From a virus, in the IMG/VR virus record IMGVR_UViG_3300035492_000181: 35,099 bases of DNA, one strand, 5' to 3'. The position numbers were made by a program, and so were the translations under genes. Positions within the stretch are counted from its first letter, which is position 1; every line of letters starts with the position of its first letter. The notes under the pieces are model-generated. The model was not told the origin of the DNA, made no database searches, and was given only the letters and a program-made list of their open reading frames with translations. Shown here piece after piece: positions 9,021 through 15,979 of this stretch.

Positions 9021-9760
9021 CACTTAAGCGCCCCCTTGATCGTCTCGCAGCGGATGGCCCGTGCATCACTCTTCCACCAGGCCACTGCTGTCGCCACATC
9101 AACACCGTGCTGCCACTCTCCCGGCATGGCGCCTACCGGACCGTCGATCCAGTCAGCTGGCAAGCCCTGAATCGCATTGAGCACCTTCTCTGCTGAAGCA
9201 AGATCGAAGCCATACAGTGTATCCAGAAACGTTCTCACCTGCCTTGTTTTGCTTTCAGGCGTGAGATACAGATCAAGCGCTGCCCCGTGAGCCAACCAGG
9301 CGAGGCTGTAATCGAAAGCCAGCATCACTACGCCCTCCAGGCTTGTCCTGAACAGCAGGTTTTTAAGATGCCTGTCGCTGTTGTTCACAAACATATCGAA
9401 AGCGTAGATGGCTGAAAGCCGCTCGCGCAGGTTAAGAATGCGCTTGTCCATTTCTCCGGACGCCAGTTCCATCACGCATTGGTCAGCATCCAGCGTTCCG
9501 CCCTCGATCCTTGATCCGAACCACATCCGACCATCCAGCCCGTGCAAAATTTCCATCGGTGGAGTGTGGATCCGGCAGGTGTTGGAAAGATGACCGCACA
9601 ACCACTCGGTAGCCGGCACGAACTCCGCACCAGGAGCGACCTGCTTGAAGGCATAGTCGAGGCCATCGTCACACTTACAGAAACCGCCCGCGTGGAACGT
9701 CCCGGCTTTCTGCGGGTAGACGTTCTCGACGTTCAGCTTGACCAGGTTCTGTTGAATCAA
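9020..9760 (-). CDS. Short HipA-like serine/threonine kinase (core kinase domain only; TTG start inferred)
   Basis: YAFKQ lysine, catalytic loop FVNNSDRHLKN and LAFDYS Mg-binding Asp. GGGAG lies 9 nt upstream of TTG 9760, and there is no in-frame ATG until residue 69. Confidence 0.7.
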   Translation of the reverse strand: MIQQNLVKLNVENVYPQKAGTFHAGGFCKCDDGLDYAFKQVAPGAEFVPATEWLCGHLSNTCRIHTPPMEILHGLDGRMWFGSRIEGGTLDADQCVMELASGEMDKRILNLRERLSAIYAFDMFVNNSDRHLKNLLFRTSLEGVVMLAFDYSLAWLAHGAALDLYLTPESKTRQVRTFLDTLYGFDLASAEKVLNAIQGLPADWIDGPVGAMPGEWQHGVDVATAVAWWKSDARAIRCETIKGALK

Positions 9761-9814
9761 GGGGTACTGCTCCCTGCTCTGCTCCGGCGACTTCTTACGC
9801 GATCAGCATTTCCA

Positions 9815-10459
9815 TCATCCGAACAACGCGCGCTGCCAGTGGTCTTCGCCGACGATTGCGATAGGCGCACCGGCCTCCCGCAGCTCGACGGCCTTCATGA
9901 TCTTGGTGCCGTAGGTGGCGTGCCGCCATTGGTCGTTGCCAACACTGCCAACGACCAGGTAATGGATTTTTTTGCTGACGCCACCGCCTATCACACCGCC
10001 GCGCTCGAGGATCAGCTCCTCACACGCCTTGCGCGGGCCATAGGCCATGGTGCCGGTGAATACGAAAGCCTTGTCCTGGAACACCAGCTCAGGGGCGGGA
10101 AGATTGAACGGCAAGTCCGTCGGCGCGGTGAAGGCCTGGGCGGTTTGCTCCGGCTTGCTGACATCAAGCCCGGCGAAGCTGTGCAGTAGATGCATCAGAT
10201 CGGCCGATTCGTCGGCATCTAGCACGCCGTCCTGCAGCATGGCGCTGATGCGCCGGTAGAGCAGGTTGACTACGGGATCCTCAAGGTGGGCCAGGTTGCT
10301 TTCGATCCAGCCCTTGAGGAAGCGCGCCTCGTCGATGTTCACCACGCCATCCGCAACCACGCCGGCGGCGAGGCCCACCAGAGCATCGGCGCTGCGCCGA
10401 TCAATGCGGGCTTCGTTGAAGAAACGGCTGGAGGTGAATTCCAGATGCAGGTCGACCAT
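9815..10459 (-). CDS. TerB-like N-terminal domain fused to a C-terminal BRCT domain
   Basis: ADGVVNIDEARFL and QDGVLDADESADL motifs in the N-terminal half. C-terminal FQDKAFVFTGTMAYGPRKACEELILERGGVIGGGVSKKIHYLVVG resembles the LigA BRCT domain. AAAGGAG RBS before the ATG. Confidence 0.7.
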   Translation of the reverse strand: MVDLHLEFTSSRFFNEARIDRRSADALVGLAAGVVADGVVNIDEARFLKGWIESNLAHLEDPVVNLLYRRISAMLQDGVLDADESADLMHLLHSFAGLDVSKPEQTAQAFTAPTDLPFNLPAPELVFQDKAFVFTGTMAYGPRKACEELILERGGVIGGGVSKKIHYLVVGSVGNDQWRHATYGTKIMKAVELREAGAPIAIVGEDHWQRALFG

Positions 10460-10516
10460 TCAGAGCTCCTTTCAGACCAGGCGGGGTCTGCAGTTCCATT
10501 GAGAGTGGTTGGTGGG

Positions 10517-10864
10517 CTAGGGCTTGTCCGCCAGCGGTGACTTGCCGCTGGCGCTGGCGATAGAGGACGAGAGCAACAGAAAGGCATCCTGCTGTTGCTT
10601 GGGCATGTTCCGGAAGGCTTCAAGCAGCTGGGCTTCATGGTTGTCGAGGCCGGCCGCGGCCTGTTCAACACGCACGCCAGTAACCACATAAAGCACATCG
10701 ACGCCCGTCTGAGCCACAGCAGCTAGGTACCTGCCATCAGGGCTCCCCGCACCTTTTTCGTAGTTGATCTGCGTCGTTTTGCCCACGCCGCCGATCGCAC
10801 CGAGATCGGTTTGGCTGAGTTTCAGGCGCGACCGTTCTTCCTTCAGCCGCTCGCCAATGGTCAT
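10517..10864 (-). CDS. Prophage repressor, XRE/CI-type HTH (functional equivalent of P2 C)
   Basis: MTIGERLKEERSRLKLSQTDLGAIGGVGKTTQINYEKG is a classic HTH_3 motif. GAGG lies 9 nt before ATG 10864. The gene is divergent from the early operon. Confidence 0.8.
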   Translation of the reverse strand: MTIGERLKEERSRLKLSQTDLGAIGGVGKTTQINYEKGAGSPDGRYLAAVAQTGVDVLYVVTGVRVEQAAAGLDNHEAQLLEAFRNMPKQQQDAFLLLSSSIASASGKSPLADKP

Positions 10865-10867
10865 ATT

Positions 10868-10948
10868 TTTGAACCTCAAGCATTGACAGGTTCAAATAAC
10901 TGAACCAATATCCGCTTTACATCACACGAAATCGCACGAATTTGAACT
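10868..10948. promoter_or_regulatory. Immunity switch: candidate early promoter plus operator repeats
   Basis: TTGACA (10883-10888), N17, CAATAT (10906-10911). The inverted repeat GGTTCA-N6-TGAACC (10889-10906) fills the spacer. Extra half-sites TGAACC at 10870 and TGAACT at 10943. Tandem ATC(A/G)CACGAA at 10921-10940. Confidence 0.55.
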
Positions 10949-11212
10949 ATGCCGAACGGATACCCCAGCGAGCAAGCGCGCAACGCTGCGCGTGAACGCC
11001 TCAGCAAGCTCGGCCTGACCGCCAAGGAATGGGCCGAACAGAACGACATCAGCCCGTCCACGGTTTACGCCGTGCTCAACGGGCAGAAGAAGTGCCTGCG
11101 CGGTGAAGCCCACCGCGCCGCCGTACTGCTCGGCATCAAGGAAGGCGTAGTAGCCGGCGAAGCGCCGCGTTATGGGCGCCGCAAGACTGACTTCGCAGTG
11201 ATTCCAAAGTAA
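10949..11212 (+). CDS. Cro/Ner-like DNA-binding protein, first gene of the early operon (Cox/Apl position)
   Basis: 87 aa with an HTH-like LTAKEWAEQNDISPSTVYAVLNG and an Nlp/Ner-like tail RGEAHRAAVLLGIK. It is divergent from the repressor. Confidence 0.55.
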   Translation: MPNGYPSEQARNAARERLSKLGLTAKEWAEQNDISPSTVYAVLNGQKKCLRGEAHRAAVLLGIKEGVVAGEAPRYGRRKTDFAVIPK

Positions 11213-11715
11213 TGGCAAACCCCAAGGCGAGAAACGAGAAGATGAAGCACCCGATCCTCGACAGCCGGCGCAAGGTGGTCAGCGCCATCATCGCCGCATA
11301 CCCCGGCGGCCGTGACTGCGCCGCGGCCCGCCTGGGCCTGGAAATCAAGAAGTTCGACAACCACGCCTACGAAAGCGCCGGCCACCGCCCGCTGACCGAC
11401 GAGCAGATCCTGCTGCTCGAACAACAGATCGGCACGGCCTACCTGCCCGAGTACATCGCCGCCCAGTACGGCGGTGTGTTCGTCCCGCTGCCAGCCGCCG
11501 AAGAGCTGGACAACATGGAGCTCTACCACCGCGCCGTGGATACCGCGAAGCGCCGCGGCCGGGTTGACCTAATCATCGCCAAGGCCCTGGAGGACGGAGC
11601 GATCGACGAAGGCGAAGCCAACGCCATCCTCGATGCCCACCGCCGCTACGTCTCTGCCCGCCACGCGGAGATAGCGGCAGTCATCGTTCTGCATACCTGC
11701 AACGACAAAAAATAA
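11212..11715 (+). CDS. Phage regulatory protein, CII (CP76)-like
   Basis: TAATG overlap with the upstream gene. Size, position and overall sequence resemble Phage_CP76-type regulators, judged by eye only. Confidence 0.55.
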   Translation: MANPKARNEKMKHPILDSRRKVVSAIIAAYPGGRDCAAARLGLEIKKFDNHAYESAGHRPLTDEQILLLEQQIGTAYLPEYIAAQYGGVFVPLPAAEELDNMELYHRAVDTAKRRGRVDLIIAKALEDGAIDEGEANAILDAHRRYVSARHAEIAAVIVLHTCNDKK

Positions 11716-11754
11716 GTGCTGTACGGCCGCTGCCACGGCCGAGGGGGAAGGGAT

Positions 11755-12054
11755 TTGAGCGTTTACAAGCTGGTATGCCCGGCATGCGGAGAGCGGATGC
11801 GCATTCGCAACTCCGAGGGGCAAACACCGACATTCCGCACCATCTACGGCCAGTGCATGAATCTGGCCTGCGGCTTGGTGCTCACGGGCTCGATGAGCTG
11901 GGACTACCAGATCAATACCTCGGGCATGGACAAGCCGAGGGTGGTGCTGCCGATTGCGCCATCCGTGGCGAAAATGCAGGCGTTGCGTGACAGCCGGCCT
12001 GCATCCGATCAACCCGATCTGTTCGATCAGCCACTCAAGGAAGCACACGCATGA
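11755..12054 (+). CDS. ogr: Ogr/Delta-family zinc-finger late transcription activator (TTG start inferred)
   Basis: CPACGERMRIRNSEGQTPTFRTIYGQCMNLACG has the C-X2-C...C-X4-C Ogr pattern. GAGGGGGAAGGGA lies just upstream of TTG 11755. The listed ORF begins at 11716. Confidence 0.8.
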   Translation: MSVYKLVCPACGERMRIRNSEGQTPTFRTIYGQCMNLACGLVLTGSMSWDYQINTSGMDKPRVVLPIAPSVAKMQALRDSRPASDQPDLFDQPLKEAHA

Positions 12055-12404
12055 GCCACGACACCTCTGCCAAGGATTACCGCAGCAGCATGCAGGCCGC
12101 CGCCAAGGCCTACCTCCTGCGCCATCAGGATGAACACCTTGCCGACGATGAGCGGCTGTATGACCGCGCGTGCCGTTATTTGGTTCAAGGCCTGGACGTT
12201 CCTGCGTTCATGGCACCGCGGCTGGTACATCTGGCGATGACCGAACTCTCCTCCCGCGTGGGTATCGATCGCGGCCTCGGTGATGGGACCCGGCTGTGCC
12301 TGGTGCTGGTACGCACCGGGGAACGGGCCTTCATCCCCACCCGCTATCTGCCGCTGCGCCTGCAGCCACCCGCGGCACTGCCGGCTGGAGCAGCCGCACA
12401 CTGA
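12051..12404 (+). CDS. Hypothetical early protein
   Basis: ATGA overlap with ogr. 117-aa ORF in the sense direction of the early operon. Confidence 0.55.
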   Translation: MSHDTSAKDYRSSMQAAAKAYLLRHQDEHLADDERLYDRACRYLVQGLDVPAFMAPRLVHLAMTELSSRVGIDRGLGDGTRLCLVLVRTGERAFIPTRYLPLRLQPPAALPAGAAAH

Positions 12405-12486
12405 CCACCACCCCCTGAATCACCGTACCCAGACCCGCTTGAGCGCGGGTTTGGGGAAGTTGCACCCGAAATTCGAGGTTGCCGCC

Positions 12487-12720
12487 ATGCAACAAGCCAT
12501 TGCCATCCAGCTGGACATGCCCAAGCCCGTAGCCGAGGCCCTGCTCAGCAGCCTGCGCTGCGAGCTGCGCCGTGGCCTGACCGAGCACTGGTACGACGAT
12601 CGCTACCGCACCGTGCCGGAGTTCCTGCGCAGCCGCCGCATCCTCGATGACTACCCGGCCCTCGCCGGCCACAAACGCACCATCGGGGCGCTGAAAGCCG
12701 CCCTCGGCGCCAACCAGTAA
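12487..12720 (+). CDS. Hypothetical early protein (77 aa)
   Basis: GAGG lies 8 nt before ATG 12487. The gene sits immediately upstream of the primase gene. Confidence 0.5.
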   Translation: MQQAIAIQLDMPKPVAEALLSSLRCELRRGLTEHWYDDRYRTVPEFLRSRRILDDYPALAGHKRTIGALKAALGANQ

Positions 12721-12733
12721 GGCCAGCCACACC

Positions 12734-15457
12734 ATGCAGATGAAAGAAACCCTACGGGCCGAGGTGCTGCGCCGCATCGAGCGCGACTTCGGCCTCCAGC
12801 ACATGGCCGGCACCAACTACATGCGCAAGGGTAAATGCCCGGCGCACAACTGCGGCAAGAAGACCCTCTACACCTTCCACGACTCGCCCTGGATGCTGAT
12901 CTGCGGCCGTCCGGAGAAGTGTGGCCACCGCGTCCACGTCAAAGAGCTGTATGACGACCTGTTCAACGACTGGAGCAAGACCGCCCCGGCCACCGCCCAG
13001 GACCCCATGGCCACGGCCAGCGCCTACCTGCAGTTCGCCCGCGGCTTTCGCCTGGAGCTGATCGCCGGCTGGTACAGCCAGGAGAACTACTGGAGCCGCG
13101 ACATCAACGCCGGCAGCGCGACGGTGCGCTTCCCGCTGGAAAAGGGCGGCTACTGGGAACGGCTGATCGACCGGCCGGAGCGCTTCGGCAAGCAGAAGGC
13201 CCGCTTCAAGCCGGGCGAAAGCTACAAGGGCGTCTGGTGGTGCCCGCCGTCGCTCAACCTGGTCGAGGTCGAGGAGCTGTACATCGTCGAGGGCATCTTC
13301 GACGCGATCGCGCTGCTGCACCACGACGTCCCTGCCGTCTCGATGATGAGCAGCGCGCCGCTGCCCGAGCAATCGCTCAAGGCGCTCAAGAATGCCTGCC
13401 ATGAGGCGGACAAGCGCCTGCCGCGGCTGGTTTGGGCGCTGGATAACGAGCCGGTCGCCAAGGCCAACATGCGCCGCTGGGCGAAGGAAGCGCGCGCCCT
13501 GGGCTTCAAGTGCGAGGCGGCTGTCATCCCGCAGCGCGGCGCCAAGAAGGTCGACTGGAACGACCTGCACCAGCGCTGGGCCTTCATCGACGGCGACGAA
13601 GAGCGCGCCAAGCGCATCGAGCTGGACATGGCCGAGGCCCGTCACCAGGGCGCCCTGCTGCTGGCCGAGTCGGCCGAGGAAAAGGGCCTGCTGATGTACG
13701 AGTGGGACGAGCGCAAGGAATTCCACTTCACGTACCGCTCGCGCCTGTACTGGTTCAACCTGGACATGGAGAAGTACGAGCGCACCGCCCGCGAGCTTGA
13801 CGGCTCCGAGCACCACGACGACCAGCTGCTCAACGACAAGCAGCGCCGGGACAAGGCCCTGCGCCAGAGCGCCGCCGTGGTGCGCATCGCCAACTGCTAC
13901 TTCGACGCGCTGTACTACATGCGCAACGAGGTCACCGACGAGGCCTGGTACTACTTCCGCGTCGAGCGGCCCGAAGCGCCGACCATCAAGAGCACCTTTA
14001 CCGCGGCGCAGATCGCTTCGGCGCCGGAGTTCAAGAAGCGCCTGCTCAACGTCTGCAACGGGGCCATGTTCACCGGCACGCCGCAGCAGCTGGAGCGCAT
14101 GCTTGGCTACCAGCTCGACAGCCTCAAGACCGTCAACACCATCGACTGGATCGGCTACACCCGCGAGCACGGCGTCTACGTGTTCAACGATCTGGCGATC
14201 GCCGGCGGCAAGGTGCACAAGCTCAACGAGGAGGACTTCTTCGACGTCGGCTCCCTGAGCATCAAGTCGCAGAGCCTGTCACCGGTGCTGCACATCAACG
14301 CCAACCTGGCCGACTACGACGAAGAGTGGTTCGACCTGTTCTGGCGCTGCTTTGGCGTGCGCGGCGCGGTGGTGCTGGCCTGGTGGCTGGGCGCGCTGTA
14401 CGCCGAGCAGATCCGCCAGCTGCACAAGTCCTACCTGTTCCTGGAGCTGATCGGTGAGGCCGGCGCGGGCAAGACCACGCTGGTGGAGCTGCTCTGGAAA
14501 CTGAGCGGCCGTACCGAATACGAAGGCTTCGACCCGTCCAAGGCGACCCCGGCCAGCCGGGCGCGCAACTTCGCCCAGGTGGGCAACCTGCCGGTGGTGC
14601 TGATCGAGTCCGAGCGCGAGCAGAAGGAAGGCGCGCCGGTTAAGCACTTCGACTGGGACGAACTCAAGACCGCCTACAACGGCCGCAGCGTCCGCTCCAC
14701 CGGTGTGAAGAACAACGGCAACGACACCCGCGAACCGCCGTTCCGTGGCGCCCTGCTGATCGCACAGAACAACGCCGTCAACGCCTCCGAGCCGATCCTC
14801 CAGCGCCTTGGCCATGTGCACCTGACCCGCGAGCACCAGACCCCGGAAACCAAGCTCCACGCCGAGCGCCTGGAGCGCATGCCGGTCGAGCAGCTCAGCG
14901 GCTTCATGGTCAAGGCGCTCAAGCCCGAGGCGCAGGTCATCAAGCTCCTGGACGAGCGCACCTCCGGCTACGAGCAGCAGCTGCTGGCCCTGCCGGGCAT
15001 CCGCACCGTGCGGATCGCCAAGAACCACGCCCAGCTGCGCAGCCTGGTCGACGCCCTACAGCTGGTCGTGCCGCTCAGCGATGAGCGCGCGGCCCAGGTG
15101 CACGCCGAGGTGGAGCGCATGGCGCAGGAGCGGCAGCAGGCGATCAACGCCGACCACCCGCTCGTGCGCGAATTCTGGGACATGGTCGAGTTCCTCAATG
15201 GCCCCCTAAACGAACCCGGCGGCCGGCTGAACCACTCCCGCAAGTCGGCCTTCTTCGCCATCAACCTCAACGAGTTCGTCGAGATGGCGGCCAACAAGCG
15301 GCAGCAGCTCCCGAACCTCAGCGAGCTCAAGCGCCTGCTCAAGACCAGCAAGTCGCCGAAGTTCATCGAGACCAACAAGCCCATCAACTCGAACATCGCC
15401 ACCGACGGGCTGAACAACGCCAAGACCGTCCGCTGCTGGGTGTTCCAGCTCGTTTGA
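12734..15457 (+). CDS. Replication protein: Zn-finger/TOPRIM primase fused to a P-loop NTPase (helicase-like)
   Basis: CPAHNCGKK...CGRPEKCGH zinc motif, TOPRIM-like YIVEGIFDAIALL and WALDNE, Walker A GEAGAGKTT and Walker B-like VVLIESE. 907 aa. Confidence 0.85.
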   Translation: MQMKETLRAEVLRRIERDFGLQHMAGTNYMRKGKCPAHNCGKKTLYTFHDSPWMLICGRPEKCGHRVHVKELYDDLFNDWSKTAPATAQDPMATASAYLQFARGFRLELIAGWYSQENYWSRDINAGSATVRFPLEKGGYWERLIDRPERFGKQKARFKPGESYKGVWWCPPSLNLVEVEELYIVEGIFDAIALLHHDVPAVSMMSSAPLPEQSLKALKNACHEADKRLPRLVWALDNEPVAKANMRRWAKEARALGFKCEAAVIPQRGAKKVDWNDLHQRWAFIDGDEERAKRIELDMAEARHQGALLLAESAEEKGLLMYEWDERKEFHFTYRSRLYWFNLDMEKYERTARELDGSEHHDDQLLNDKQRRDKALRQSAAVVRIANCYFDALYYMRNEVTDEAWYYFRVERPEAPTIKSTFTAAQIASAPEFKKRLLNVCNGAMFTGTPQQLERMLGYQLDSLKTVNTIDWIGYTREHGVYVFNDLAIAGGKVHKLNEEDFFDVGSLSIKSQSLSPVLHINANLADYDEEWFDLFWRCFGVRGAVVLAWWLGALYAEQIRQLHKSYLFLELIGEAGAGKTTLVELLWKLSGRTEYEGFDPSKATPASRARNFAQVGNLPVVLIESEREQKEGAPVKHFDWDELKTAYNGRSVRSTGVKNNGNDTREPPFRGALLIAQNNAVNASEPILQRLGHVHLTREHQTPETKLHAERLERMPVEQLSGFMVKALKPEAQVIKLLDERTSGYEQQLLALPGIRTVRIAKNHAQLRSLVDALQLVVPLSDERAAQVHAEVERMAQERQQAINADHPLVREFWDMVEFLNGPLNEPGGRLNHSRKSAFFAINLNEFVEMAANKRQQLPNLSELKRLLKTSKSPKFIETNKPINSNIATDGLNNAKTVRCWVFQLV

Positions 15458-15461
15458 CCCG

Positions 15462-15504
15462 CCGGCGCGGCAACGCCGGTACCAACCCAAGGAGAAGCAC
15501 CATG
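15462..15504 (+). promoter_or_regulatory. Intergenic hairpin (CGGCAA loop) plus conserved RBS cassette, copy 1
   Basis: CCGGCG-CGGCAA-CGCCGG followed by ACCAACCCAAGGAGAAGCACCATG. Confidence 0.6.
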
Positions 15505-15645
15505 CCAATGAACGACAACGACGACCTCTATAGCCCCAGCCGGCGCGAAACCCTGCTCACCCTGCTGGGCAGCGGCGTGACCCTGGCGGTACTGCTCGCG
15601 GCCGGCTACCTCGCCCCCAACCTGCTGGCCCTGGCGGCCCGCTAA
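15502..15645 (+). CDS. Small membrane protein (47 aa)
   Basis: Conserved AAGGAGAAGCACC-ATG context. One hydrophobic helix, LLTLLGSGVTLAVLLAAGYLAPNLLAL. Confidence 0.5.
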   Translation: MPMNDNDDLYSPSRRETLLTLLGSGVTLAVLLAAGYLAPNLLALAAR

Positions 15646-15652
15646 CCCCAAC

Positions 15653-15698
15653 GCCCAGGCGCGGCAACGCCTGGGCCTTACCAAGGAGAAGCACCATG
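15653..15698 (+). promoter_or_regulatory. Intergenic hairpin (CGGCAA loop) plus conserved RBS cassette, copy 2
   Basis: GCCCAGGCG-CGGCAA-CGCCTGGGC followed by CTTACCAAGGAGAAGCACCATG. Confidence 0.6.
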
Positions 15699-15968
15699 CA
15701 ACTGAACGTAGAACGCGGAGCCCCGATGACCGGCAAGACCATCCGCCTGCGGCAGAAAGCCCGCGAGGCCGGGCAGGGCGAGCACCAGATCATCCACGGC
15801 AACGCCTACGACCTTGCCGACCTGGAGCTGCTCGTGCGCCACCGCATCGGCCGCGGCGCCAGGGTCATCTGCATCGACGAGTGCAGCGAGGAGCAGATCG
15901 ATCGCCTGACAGCCCTGCAGCGGCGGCTGCCGTCCGAACTGACCATCCACGCCGTTGTGGCGAACTGA
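15696..15968 (+). CDS. 90-aa protein with Walker A-like and Walker B-like motifs (mini P-loop)
   Basis: GAPMTGKT (GxxxxGKT) and VICIDEC (hhhhDE) in a 90-aa ORF with the conserved RBS cassette. Confidence 0.55.
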   Translation: MQLNVERGAPMTGKTIRLRQKAREAGQGEHQIIHGNAYDLADLELLVRHRIGRGARVICIDECSEEQIDRLTALQRRLPSELTIHAVVAN

Positions 15969-15979
15969 GGAGCAGCACC

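Noticed and set aside
8184-9760. A classical HipBA toxin-antitoxin module
   Set aside because: No HipB-like HTH gene is adjacent. The kinase lacks the HipA N-terminal domains. The partner gene lies downstream and is larger than the kinase, so it is reported as a distinct, uncharacterised arrangement.
9542-10189. 215-aa plus-strand ORF spanning the kinase/BRCT gene boundary
   Set aside because: It is antisense to two genes with recognisable domains, crosses their intergenic gap, and has no motif or RBS support.
9815-10459. NAD-dependent DNA ligase
   Set aside because: Only a BRCT-like C-terminal domain is present. At 214 aa it has no adenylation (KxDG), OB-fold, zinc-finger or HhH regions.
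12428-12455. An 11-bp stem hairpin (CCCAGACCCGC-TTGAGC-GCGGGTTTGGG) between two early ORFs, considered as a terminator
   Set aside because: It has no U-tract, and the essential replication genes lie downstream in the same operon. It may be an RNA stability or attenuation element, but nothing else supports a call.
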